Positions 36,301 through 46,600 of a DNA stretch of 64,000 nt are shown piece after piece. The position numbers were made by a program, and so were the translations under genes. Each line of letters starts with the position of its first letter. Positions within the stretch are counted from its first letter, which is position 1. Origin of the DNA: Pocillopora damicornis (taxonomy: Eukaryota). Under the pieces are notes generated by a model. The model saw nothing but the letters and a program-made list of their open reading frames with translations, did not search any database and had not been told where the DNA came from. The stretch covers positions 124,001 to 188,000 of the forward strand of contig NW_020846229.1 in assembly GCF_003704095.1 (NCBI RefSeq), given 5' to 3'.

Positions 36301-37405
36301 TTGGATACGATTCATTTCAATATGCACTTGACCCCAAAAAGCAACACTATTGTAGACTGTATAGGCAGCTGACCACTACTTTATATCTTTACATATACAA
36401 TAATCTTCTATCCAAGATGTATCAGTGCTCAAAATTAGGTACCATCTAGTTATCTACCCTTGGAAGTTATACCTTAGGGTACCCTATTGCCCTTGGGGAA
36501 GAATATGTTTCAGCCAGATATGTCATATCATATGTGTAGTCAATGCAAGATCTTCTTTGCCATATTACAAAAGTGATGAGAACATTTCTAGAATTATAGA
36601 TGATATCAAGTGTGAAATTCATGCACTAAAAATTGGCTAGCCAGGACCCTTTCTCTCAGCCTACCTAGCCAGAAATTTAAGGATCTTCTATGAATTTTTT
36701 AAACTTATAAAGTTTCACACAACAATTCAATCTTCTCACCTTCAACTATTTGAAAAAGGAAATGTTCAAGATCTCTTTGTTTAAAATGTACTTTCACTGT
36801 TAACTGTTTCCCTTGTAAATTATTTTCATTAGCTCACCCAACCTTCAGAAAAATTTAGCTCCAAACAGACTTTACCTTTATACCCCTCCCCCACCCCCTC
36901 CCTACTAAGGAAATGGAAAATGAATATTTGTAACAGATCTGTTAGCGATGCAAGGTGTCATGTTAATCATTTTTGTTTAGGTTTCGAAATCCTTAGCCAT
37001 TTTCTTCATTGAAAAATGAAGTGATAAATGTGTGAGGCGCATCTAAGAAATTCAAGTTCAGGAATTTCCGTGATTTTTACCAGTTATTGCACTATCTTAT
37101 ACTTTCGATAACGTGCACAATGGGATGTCAGAAACCAAAATCTTCACCTGGACTTTCCTCTAGGATCTGAACAGTCTCACCAAGCTGAAGCTTGAGCTGA
37201 TATAATCCTTTTCCATGGAAATTGTAAATAGCTAAAAATTAATCAAAATAAAAGATATGGATTGTAAGGGACATCGACATCTATCTTCACAGCTATAAGG
37301 ACACATCACTCATGGCTGAGGAAATCACGATCGTTCAGCACGAAACTGGCCTTTTTACCTACCTACTCCGAGTTGTGGAGTCTCGAGTGCTTTCCAGACA
37401 GTCAT
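331..37405 (-). CDS. DOCK1: Dedicator of cytokinesis, DOCK-A subfamily (DOCK1/2/5; CED-5/Myoblast city) Rac GEF; 59 coding exons, ~1786 aa
   Basis: Hand-spliced GT-AG exons with consistent phases, 5'->3': 37405-37363, 37231-37148, 36276-36236, 35690-35635, 35530-35437, 35004-34912, 34834-34779, 34441-34354, 33320-33288, 33086-32941, 32699-32618, 31938-31875, 31393-31322, 31146-31071, 30806-30724, 30534-30491, 29897-29816, 29232-29179, 28843-28773, 27824-27726, 27497-27425, 27155-27052, 26144-25985, 25614-25517, 24907-24824, 24406-24306, 23958-23862, 23320-23268, 23163-23055, 22254-22184, 21949-21843, 21367-21240, 20789-20694, 20326-20228, 19514-19420, 19262-19187, 18737-18637, 13572-13514, 12703-12632, 11767-11691, 11479-11394, 10739-10577, 10274-10234, 9518-9428, 9227-9117, 8777-8688, 7727-7623, 7217-7131, 6726-6672, 6278-6197, 6112-6028, 5523-5437, 4884-4708, 4442-4359, 4174-4049, 3552-3395, 2379-2241, 1379-1194, 417-331. 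These total 5361 nt, in frame, ending in TGA. Domains: N-terminal SH3 ([33 protein letters not shown]), DHR-1/C2 ([19 protein letters not shown]), DHR-2 ([12 protein letters not shown]; [16 protein letters not shown] with the nucleotide-sensor Val) and a Pro-rich tail. The symbol denotes a DOCK1/2/5 co-orthologue. Confidence 0.96.
1850..2185 (+). mobile_element. Penelope-like element 3' end/pLTR fragment carrying a minimal hammerhead ribozyme
   Basis: CCAATCA-rich segment (1960-2040) followed by the hammerhead motif at 2085-2129, the arrangement typical of PLE terminal repeats. Boundaries approximate. Confidence 0.65.
2085..2129 (+). ncRNA. Minimal type I hammerhead ribozyme motif
   Basis: Stem I TGACT(2085-89)/AGTCA(2125-29); core CTGATGA(2090-96); stem II GAC(2098-2100)/GTC(2114-16); GAAA(2117-20); palindromic stem III ACGT; GTC cleavage triplet (2122-24). 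Confidence 0.7.
3045..3293. mobile_element. Palindromic PLE-like element with hammerhead core; related copies near 5760-5975, 25097-25270, 26690-26875, 62455-62560
   Basis: Inverted arms 3100-3181 and 3212-3293; CTGAGGA-AGGGCTAACGCTC-GAAACGTC at 3201-3228. The dispersed copies share AAAGAAACTGTGGTG and/or AACTCAGTTGATAAAACCAAATTA motifs. Confidence 0.7.
6279..6671 (-). other. U12-type (minor spliceosome) GT-AG intron in the DOCK DHR-2 region
   Basis: Donor GTATCCTTT (6671-6663); branch site TCCTTGAC (6294-6287) about 10 nt before the AG (6280-6279); no polypyrimidine tract. Splicing gives in-frame ..SSQQ-Y-LQINKV. Confidence 0.88.
11087..11180. repeat. 30-bp minisatellite, ~3 copies (CTGACAAGTTTTTGGTGCCCAGGTATATTC)
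   Basis: Direct tandem copies; also seen as the VRNIxGHQKL repeat in the spurious ORF 11068-11442. Confidence 0.85.
12188..12399 (+). mobile_element. TTAA-flanked ~200-bp MITE (piggyBac-like)
   Basis: TTAA-CCCTTTCACT ... AGTGAAAGGG-TTAA; same family as 16183-16394 in opposite orientation. Confidence 0.75.
12927..13381. repeat. tRNA-related repeat: one ~230-bp unit, a partial second unit and an inverted copy
   Basis: Minus-strand tRNA-like segment 13004-13074 with A box TAGCTCAGTTGG and B box GATTCAAATCC; unit start repeated at ~13178; inverted arms ~13128-13245 and ~13266-13381. Related fragment at ~775-865. Confidence 0.75.
15257..15847 (+). CDS. Intronless nested gene A: 196-aa multipass (~5 TM) membrane protein with XK/Xkr-like motifs
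   Basis: ATG-initiated ORF inside DOCK intron 13573-18636, collinear with paralogue 17382-17999 (ExxDKVxD, KVWLEAxPQA, WGQxFGxxSLLPF, FHLxYY, PNxL). Product family is inferred. Confidence 0.85.
   Translation: MSSNSECYGALLFVQVYLISIELVDKVVDAVMLKKYSEGKVSNNPQDSVYYALVAFFITGLLISFARITLSILAIKKHCSSREDRINEAIRFWSSLAKVWLEALPQAIFGRFFFGECAVTDDLKQWGQAFGLFSLLPFILFLFHLIYYWCPYCKYQHDEKPNPLTLLVVSSTLKASLLGIFCAVKTIIAFTERCTF
16183..16394 (-). mobile_element. TTAA-flanked MITE (piggyBac-like) between the two nested genes
   Basis: Perfect 14-bp TIRs CCCTTTAACTCCCA (from 16187) and TGGGAGTTAAAGGG (to 16390), with TTAA on both sides. Confidence 0.8.
16480..16579. other. Assembly gap (100 N); others at 25035-25093, 26381-26446, 41082-41181
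   Basis: N runs. Confidence 0.99.
17382..17999 (+). CDS. Intronless nested gene B: 205-aa multipass (~5 TM) membrane protein, paralogue of gene A
   Basis: ATG-initiated ORF with the motifs shared with gene A; CCAAT upstream (~17219); AATAAA at 18356-18361. Confidence 0.87.
   Translation: MWSVASEFPHVLFHSILILVEIPDKVLDVIIYYMYSKGEIISHPSDNVTAALFAFVGIGFAISVARKLLCGHRIVQICCNGDYRGGETNEAIHLWMSAIKVWLEAFPQALIAYFYFGDCSTTTDAKRWGQIFGFVSLLPFLVFGFHLYYYCACYDCGKRYRYDKEPNLLMMFAMIATLLLSLGCVIATIHLIMDFNKFCQPPLGE
21000..21137 (-). mobile_element. tRNA-derived SINE fragment
   Basis: Minus strand GGGGATGGCGCAGTGG (A box) ... GGTTCCATTCCC (B-box-like), followed by a ..ATGTGGGTTG.. SINE body. Confidence 0.7.
23385..23745. 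repeat. Degenerate (GACA)n microsatellite array
   Basis: GACA/GACG/AACA tetramers over ~360 bp in a DOCK intron. Confidence 0.95.
33671..34210. mobile_element. MITE-like element with ~40-bp terminal inverted repeats
   Basis: AGGCAATTATTGGATGAGGTTAAGCATGATATCATGAATT ... AATTCATGACATCATGCTCAACCTCATCCAATAATTGCTT. Confidence 0.7.
35110..35375 (+). mobile_element. Degenerate tRNA-derived SINE (Deu/Nin-type core)
   Basis: B-box-like GGATTCAAGACC, then TGTTGTGTTCTT..CTCACAGTACCTCTCTCAACCCAAGAGTATAAATGGGTAC core; CpGs decayed. Confidence 0.6.
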
Positions 37406-38639
37406 TTCTACAAGGAACTACGAATTCCCCGGGTTTTAATTTATAGAATAGATCAAAACATTAGCACCAATCCTTCCCAATCCTTCCAATAAGCCATAAC
37501 AAGTTGAAGGTCCTCCCTCCCTCACGCTGCGAGAGCCCTTGGAATTTCCGGGTGGTAAGCCGCTGACCAAAGATACAACCCGGCAGAAGGCACAAGCTGG
37601 GGACAGTAGGAAATAGTTATTGACAATGCATCTCAATGGTGCAGATTAGAAAGTATGAAATTTCGAAGTTGTCATTCTTGAACAAAGAAAACTGTCAAGG
37701 AAAAACTTACAACTTGAAACATTGAAGTATGGTTGGGTAATGACTTCCTACAAAGGGAGTCCTAAGGATATTTTGAAGAGTTTAGTCATTATATCGCCCG
37801 GAGGGGGACGGGGGAGTTGAAGGATTTTGTAGGGGGGGACCACATGGTGAGTCGTCGTCAATCGTCAATAAAGAATAAAGAAGGAACTATAGAAAATTAA
37901 CTGCCAATGAGGGGAGATCATTACTACTACAGAGGCTTCTGGGAGGGTAAAGTACAAGTTATGGTGACATGACCAAAACTCTCCGAATCCCCCACCCCCC
38001 TCCCCCTCTTTCTCTTCCTAAGTGATAAACAGATAAACAGTGGTCGGTCAATTAGCGAGTGCATTTTAATTTAACGGAACTCTTGCCAACATCGAGGTGA
38101 AGGATTTTGGGGCCCGATCACGTTGTTTTCAGGGGAAACGAAGGGGAACCAGTGATCGCCAACAGATTATGAAGGGTCAACTGTAGAAAACTTACTGCCA
38201 TTGACAGCCATTGAGAGAAAGGAATCGTAAGAATATTACAGAGCCTTACGAGGAGATTAGGTAAATTTTATAGTTTTACCGTGACACAAGCAAAATTCTC
38301 CGCCCCACCCCTCCTCCCCCGGCGAAAATAATGACCGATAAGGTCTCTGAGCGAAATTCTTACATAGTGCATTTTGAAAGGAACTCTTGCTAACATGCGT
38401 GAGTCTTAATAGAGGACGATAGAACAGAAAATATAAACAAAGTCAAAACGTCGGCTTCTTGACGTTTGAAATAATAATAAAAGCGTCTGTTGTCTAGCAT
38501 GATATTAAATTCTCATCACGTACAGAATATTGGTTTACAAAAGTGTGCCTGTTACCGTTTCCTCTTCAATTCATGTTGTTTCACACTTATTTGGCACGAT
38601 ACAGTTTTTTCTTTTCTTGTTTGTTTTGTGATTTAGCCC

Positions 38640-39290
38640 CTCGTCGGCGAAATAAAAGGAGTCCATGATGGCGACTGAGCAGGTGTAGTTTGCTTACTTC
38701 CGTGTCTATCTGCTGTGTTCCATCAAGACAGCAAACAGCGCCGATTTACTCCGATCGACGTGAGCGCTGCCTTCAGCAGGACTGGCACGTATGTTTTGTT
38801 TCACTTACCCGAGACTCAGTGTTAAGTTCACTGCGTTGAAAATATTTTATTAGATCATAATGGTAGGATAGTTCGAACACTCGGATTTGATAACTGCAGA
38901 CAGGCGCGTCCCGTAACGGAAAAAGCCCATTCATTTGTTCCCGAGTCCTGATGATTTGAGTCACTTGTAAGGAAAACTCGATCCCTCCCTTAGAAAAGTT
39001 CATTATTTTTAGATTTTTTTGGCGAGTAGCTCTGTGGCTCAGAGAAAAAGACAAAATACGACACGACAGTCCAAACTCCACTCGTATTGAGCCGCAAGCC
39101 AATTGAGAGTTGGTTTGACTTAAATAGCCACTATGACATCCATTTTTGAGTAAGTTTTTCGTTTCTGTTTTCGAACGCCATTGAGCCACCACGTGGGGTT
39201 GAATGAAAGAACTCATTAACTACCATTGGCATTTACTGAAAAGTAAACAGGGTACAATATAGTGAGTCAATACTGAGTCAGGTGACCAAT
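38640..39290. promoter_or_regulatory. Candidate DOCK promoter/enhancer (CpG-richer; ETS and AP-1 motifs)
   Basis: ACTTCCG at ~38695-38702; TGAGTCA at 38957, 39263, 39274; 1.2-1.9 kb upstream of the DOCK ATG. Confidence 0.35.
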
Positions 39291-40969
39291 TTAGGTTTTG
39301 TTTTTAAACATGAAAAGGTATAGACGTTTTTTGCGATCTGTTTGTTTTTGCAGCTGCGATACTAAATATCTTTTTTATGACCATTTTAGGGCCGGAGCGC
39401 CACAAGGGCTAGGATTAAGTGCTAAGTAATTTAATGTTGTAGAAAAATGGTTTTTTTTTTTTATTTGTTCCAAAACTAAATCACGAAATACCACCAGCCG
39501 CCTCATTGGATTCGAGTCTTCCATGCTTCTTACCAGAAGTTTATAAACAAAACGTCCTTGCACAATTTTACCTACTAAGAATCATATCCTTACTTTCCAA
39601 AAGAGCATTTCAGAGGTGACAACACAAGTTTTTTTCAATAATTTTTTTCATTCAATTTAAGGTTTTTAGACCACAGGTGTTAAAAAGGCGTTTCTTTTTA
39701 AATTCGTTTTATGGCTACCTGCACTCACAGTAAGCACAGCAAGAGATCGCACAGAATAAACAATTCATTTCTCTTCTGCGAGATGCGTCCGTCGCAGCTC
39801 CAAAAGCAATCAGTCTTCTTGCCAGAAACATCAACACAGTTTGACGAGGATTTTAATTATTTCCCGTACAGTTTGACACTGTGTCTGTAATTGTCACTTC
39901 TTTGCAAATAACCGCAAACGTTTTTCTTAAGGAGACTGTATTTCAACAATTTCAGAGCCAAAGGTATCACACAGAGATTTTTCCTTAAGCCAACTACCAA
40001 ATTAACCAATTCATAAATTAAAAAATAATCGTCTTTCTATAGTGCATTAACCTACAGGGAGCTAAAAAAATTTCGGTTGTTTCGCTCAAAATGAAAAAAT
40101 ACAGCTGACAACCTGCTTACCCGCCCACGTTGCAAACCAAACGCTTAATTGAGGAAGGTTGTATTTCACTGTTTCAACAAATGGCCGAGACTTCCGCCAT
40201 GGGCTTGAGTTATTCACAAAAGTAAATCCAAAACTCTTAGCAAGACTGTCTTGCCGCTCTGCAAAGATTACACAAGATCCATCTGGCTGTAGATAAAGTT
40301 TGCTAATAGTGGCAGAATTTTATGCAAAAGAAAACTGCAATTTTATCAGTGTTTCAAGAACAGTCTCGAATTTCAGCTAAACGCTTTCCGCTAACAGTTC
40401 AACAGATCAACTTTTCAACGCAGTGCTAAGGACAAGGTAGGTGAATTTAGTTGAATTGAATTTATATAAACCTTCTATATGGCGATAAGGGAGCACAAAA
40501 GACTGTCATTCATGGCATATACAACAGTTTGCCATCTAAAGTCAACCTAGAAGAGCTAACAAGCCAAAGGCAACTTAAAATGTGGGAACAGCACTAATGT
40601 CACACTGATATCAAAATCGGAGACCATTAGCGCGATACAAGAAAATTCGAAAGACATGGTGGGAATGAAGTGAACTAACAATCAGTTTGACAATGTCGAC
40701 AAAACGCAATCGAAATGATAAAAATTTGTGCTTGTTGTGTACATAAGGAAGGTGTCATGATTTCTGAATGAAAGAATCTCTTAAGCTTCACGCTTACCAC
40801 TTGCACTCTCAAGATGTCATCAGTAATTTTCCTTACTGTCTGCCAGTTCAGAGAATTTGGTATTAGATCAACTTATAAGTCTTACAATCCCTCAATATGT
40901 ATTATCTTTAACTCTCGTCAACTGTCTGCTTGATTTAACAAACAGAGAAGCCTTGACTGTGCTCTGTTT

Positions 40970-41081
40970 AACAAATAGATTTCAAGTTGCCGTGCGTCTG
41001 TTCAGTAAGAGATCAACCACATTTTGGCGTCCTCTGTGATCTCTTACTGAACAGACGCACGGCAACTTGGAATCTATTTGT
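40970..41081. repeat. Hairpin/palindromic MITE-like repeat abutting an assembly gap
   Basis: ACAAATAGATTTCAAGTTGCCGTGCGTCTGTTCAGTAAGAGATCA followed by its reverse complement, with a ~20-nt spacer. Confidence 0.85.
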
Positions 41082-43548
41082 NNNNNNNNNNNNNNNNNNN
41101 NNNNNNNNNNNNNNNNNNNNNNNNNNNNNNNNNNNNNNNNNNNNNNNNNNNNNNNNNNNNNNNNNNNNNNNNNNNNNNNNNAAAAGCTTGAGAGAAGTCC
41201 CGGAAATGGTCGGACATAGTACAATTCGGCAGATAACGTGACAGCTCTAGCTCAGCTCTATGCTCTCTACTCTCTTAGAGCACGCTCTTTCAACCAATAA
41301 ATTGTAACGATATGTAAAGAGTAATTCTGTTTTGGTTACTGGTGGGAGTTAAACGGTGAAGCTGGCCATCATGCAGAACAACAATTATTTGCTTTAAAAT
41401 GCACGCCACACTGAGCCCTCTAGAACGTCTGATGAGCTTGGTGAATGATATAAGGTCGGGATATTATTTTATACGGCTCAAAGTAAGGCTTAGTGAGCAA
41501 TGTCACAGGAAAGGTTTTGGTTTTTCACGTTAGCATATAGATCCGGAAGTTTCAACTGAATTCTGGTAGTCTTCGTCACGCGCCACTTATAAAAGCATGA
41601 TGCTTCACCACTTCATTATAATTGCTATGTTTCCGGTGCATCCCAAATCTTTGCTGTCTCAGTGAGTTACTCCCTGAGCAAGCCCCTGTAACAATGGAAC
41701 TGGGAAAAAGGTACTACAAAATTCACTTGTTCCCATTCCGAACCGCGCGCTCCGTGCACACAATTTCTTACCCCACCAAATAAGAAATGCTTGCAAGTCC
41801 TTTCGTGATTAGAGCAGGATTTATCGGGCTAACTGAGATACTTTTTTCCTGTTTATTTTCTATTGGCAGCCAAAGACAAGATTATAAAATAATTGCTGTA
41901 TCAAAGCTGTTTACACTAGCCTGGAAACCCTCTCTTTTGTCATACTCGCTATGCGAGTTCTCAATCACCCTTTTTGTTTTATGAACAAAAGCAGAAATGT
42001 TGTGACTCGAATACAGCATTGTGATTAAATTTGCTCTTGAAACTTGGATAAACATTTAAATGACTTAAAGTGTTTTTATTCAAAGCTTGTATTAGTAGCC
42101 AAATATTGAATTATTGAAACGTGGGCGTTGACAAAGATAAAGTTGCAAATTGGCTTTTAGCCGCTTTCCTTAATTTGCAGATTTCCTATTTCTTGGTCAA
42201 TTTTTTTGTAAACGGAGTTGTTGACGTCATTAAAAGTGGCTTCAGGAATTCAAGTTAAGATTTTGCTAAGAATCTAGCCATGTGGACAACCCAATGAATT
42301 GGTGTCTCACATTGTTACATCGTTAAAACACAACATCTTAGGCAAAGATACGTTGCGTTTAAAAAGTGCTCTTTTACGGAGAAAAACAATATCTTCATCT
42401 GGCAATATCGTAATTTCTATGTGACAGAAAAATTTCGTACTTTCAGCTGATCTGCTGACCCAAACAGAACACGCCTAATTTTTTAGATAAAGCTAATTAG
42501 CTTTCAGCCATCCAAGCACCTTATAATGAAACGTCTTTCCGCTTCGACTATAGTTTAGACGAGGTTTTCCTCTTTACTTCTCAACACCGATGGTTCTCTG
42601 AAAACAGTAGGTTTGCGCCAGCACTGCAGTCGATGAAATAGAGTCATTTTCAGGTAAGAGGATCTAATAGCAATTCATAGAGTTGCCAAAAAACCGGTTT
42701 ATTCATAAATAGTCGCTCAGAAACCGTAATATTCTAATGTGTAGAGGTAGTGAATCCATGAGCATTTTGCTACTGAACACGTAAAGGTTTCTATGATACG
42801 TTCATACGCCAGTTCGAGACTTATTTTTATTTTTTTTCCAAATTTGTTTTAGCCAGAGACAATGAAAAAATGTGTCAAGACTTGATCTATTCATAAACCC
42901 AACTTCGATTTCCAATTATGTGTAATCAGGTCGTTGGAAAAAACTATAAAATTTGTTTCATAAATGTGCGTCAGGTCGACTCAAAATACATTCAGTCTTT
43001 TGAAGAAATGGAAACTTGCCAGGGGCGGTTTAAGGTGACTAATTAACATTATGAGATGAATTGGAAAAATAATTAAATGGATTGCATTAATGATTTAGCA
43101 AGGTCACGTTTTCAGCAAAAGAAACCGATTCAAATTTGAAAGAGAATCGTAGATCATTTTGGGACAATGAAGAAATTGCGCTTCCAAGAACAGGAAAACT
43201 GACAAAAGTTGTTCTGATTAAAATGTGAAATGGAATAAATGGAACAGACCTCAAAAATTTACAAAAAAGGATATTTCTGCGGGTAAATAAACCAACTGAT
43301 ACACCACTGTTCACAGTGATCCTTATCGACCGTTAGTAATTCTCCAAACTGTCTGTCATACAATTCTTATCATTTTCCTTCGAAGAATTTGGTATTAAAT
43401 CAACTAATTATCCTCTAATTGACATTTTTCTTTATTCTCATGACCTGTCTGCTCGGTATTGTATTGATAATGTAAGGAGAAATTCTGTATTTGTCACCCA
43501 TGGGAGAAAAGGGTTGATTTTATATTTTGAAAATAACCTGAACACCCG

Positions 43549-43670
43549 TCTCCTTCGCAGCCATTCTTTGGGATGTCACGCGACGCTTTCCCCCAAGAGA
43601 AGCAAAAAGATAAAGAGTTTCTCTAGGGGAAAGCGTTGCGTGACATCCTATAGAACGGCTGCGAAGGAGA
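43549..43670. repeat. Short inverted-repeat MITE-like element
   Basis: TCTCCTTCGCAGCC..GGATGTCACGCGACGCTTTCCCC / GGGGAAAGCGTTGCGTGACATCC..GGCTGCGAAGGAGA. Confidence 0.8.
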
Positions 43671-46600
43671 ATACTTGAACACGGGAAGTTAAAAATGTTA
43701 AATAATGCTGAGACGTCTGCTAAGTCTCTTAAAATTACGGTAAAAGTTCGTTTCCATCTATTCACCGCATGTATCTCATAACAGATAAGCTAATAGTATT
43801 CATTTAGGCCGATGCAAGGCCATTGATGTCGTGTCATTAGCTATCTTCGTGGGTCGGCTGGATTAAAATTAAACCGCCTCCGTGACGTGTTTCCGCTACT
43901 GATGAGGTGAGCAGATTTTAAAAACAAAACACTTCGCCTGAATGTGACAACAAGATTTTTAACATTCCTTGAACGAAAATTATTGAATTAAATTCAAAGC
44001 GTCATCTATAATGATTGATGATATCTTTATGTAATGGGGCACTTGATCATATTAACATGTTAAAATTGCGCACTATAAGTATTAGACTATTGTTACTAAA
44101 CTATTATCTAAACTTAATGCTTTTCCATACCTTTAATTTCTTGGTGTTAACCCTCGGTCGAGGGAAACAAAGCCTACTTCGAAATACTGTGGGGTTAAAG
44201 TTAGAAGATGATCGATAAATAACTATGAAAATGCACATCTAGGGAAACTGCTGATAGATTAAGTTGGCAGGAAGTTCGAGCTGGCGAAGTCCTACAAAAT
44301 AGGACTTTTTAAACCGCTTAGCATTCTTCTATTATCAGTCGCGCTGGTCGGGGCTTGTTATTTACCGGGGTAGACTACCTATATATATCCCAGTGATTGC
44401 AGTTTAGAAAAATTCTCCTTGTCGTTCCCCTTGCAAAGTTACAGAGAACGGGATGTAGAAATATGCACATCAACATTAGGGTATAGACGGTTACATAAAC
44501 CTATTAACCCTATGGAGTATTAGAAGAGAAAGGTCCAAAGGAATTTGATTGAAAACAATAGGTCACTTTAAGAGGGAAGGAAAACCTCAGAAGCCGCAGA
44601 CTAAATTCCTTGGAGTAATACCAAAATAAAAAGCCAAATAAATCGGAAGTTGAAATCAACCACAAATCATGCGATCAGTTCGATGAATTGAAATGTTATT
44701 ATTGTTATTATTAGACTCTAAGCTACGGTTAAGTCTGTTTTTCCGTTTCCACAAACACTTCCCGAAGTAGCCCCAAAATTCCAAAAAGCTGAAAGTTTCT
44801 AGCCGTCTCCAAAATCAAAATACAATCTGACAGGGGCTAATCCCAGCCAAAGATTCATAAAATGGAACCCAAATGAAAATAGAGCGAGACTGCATCATCG
44901 CTCCATGACGAGACAGATGTTCTAAACCAGGAATCTAAGGTTAATATCATGTTCTCCTATCAATATTTAGCCTTTAGCCGGTTCTTATCATCAGCGCTGC
45001 AGTGCGAGCGTTTCTTCGACCAAATAAGTTTGACACCTCGAGAAAATCGAGCAGGCGAGAGGTCTGTAAGTGGTTTCTCGCCAGCTCCCTTTACTCAAGG
45101 CATCATACACTTAGTCACGAGCGAAAAAAAAAAACACGCGTACCCGGCTGCGTCAATAATGAGAGCTTGGTCGCTGTCTAGTCCATATCATTAGGGTATG
45201 AAAATCCTTGAGGTCTTTGAGCCCCTTCCAAGCCCCCGACAGTGCCGGTAATAACATGAGTTGTAACAGTTTTAAAATATGTTTCTGTAAGAATCTTTCA
45301 CTTTTTCGTGTACTTTTATGATCCTAGCTTGAAAATAAAGAAATAAATGGATGAATGGACGAATGATTGAATGAGAATTTGGCGATCTCCCTACTGCCTG
45401 CAGATTTACAAATTACCTTCATAAATTCAAATCAAATTTTGTTTGTGTAATGCTGTGTGGTGATATATTATGCATAAATCTTGGAATGAATACTCATTCG
45501 TTTATCAGAAACAATTATCCGAGACCGGAAGAAAACATAGGATAATGGAATAACAATCACTGACAAATCGAATTTCTTTTAAAATGTTAAAAGTTTTGAA
45601 GAAAACTGAAAATTCATCGCCTTCGAGGTGTTGAACGTCGTATAATTTCCGCACCAGAAAATTAAAGAAGAGTCGAAGTTCATTCATTATTTCCTACTGA
45701 TGAATTGAGTAAACATTGTTCGCCTTCAGGAATTGCGTAGTCATCAATGCGAATCACTTTCTCCGTATTTTGTTTTCAAATAAAATTTTATCTCTCTCTC
45801 TCATTTCCCTTAAGATGTCTAAGATCCAATCGGATTAGATTAAAGAAAACAAACAATTCACCTTGTCGAAACACGTAGACTGAGTGGCAGCGCAAAATCG
45901 TTTTAATCTGACTGAATTAAATAATATATTTCTTCACACAAACATCTACAGCATTCATTGTAGATGTACCATAAGATTACACTTGAGTTCTCAACTTTCG
46001 GAGGCGGTGTCGGAAGGTCGAAATCGATAGTCTCAGAACTGGTTATCGTTACTGAGTTATCAGTTCACGAATTTTTCCAACGAAAGTCGTTACCTACCAT
46101 AGCGCACTTTACAGGCAGGTGGAAATCTCACTTCATGTTATAATTCACTCAGAGAATACGTCTTGTTTGGATTCGGTGGGTATATATGTATGTATTATCT
46201 AACATTTCCCTTGTATATACCTGTTCATTGTACTGATACGTTTAGTGGGAAGATGGCCAACTCAGTGCCTTGTTGTTCTCTGAGAACTGTTAAAAAGCAA
46301 TCTTTAAAAACACGCGCCATTTTATTAAAAGCATTCTTCAGAAGGCAGGTTTTTTAGTTGTAACAGTGATGATAGAGGGAAAGCCTTTCCCAGTAACACA
46401 TTTTCTCATTTTGAGTAGACAAGAGTAGAAACACTTTCTGTAGATTCTACTCTCAGCTTTGAGTTCATGAAAAGAAATCTCTAAAATTCTTCATCAAGAA
46501 GGGCTCATAAAAGTGTCGAAAGGGAGTGTGGGTAAGTACAACTCCCTCCCCTTAATCCGAAGTTCTACTTTCTTTTTACAATATTTTTCATCGATTTCCA

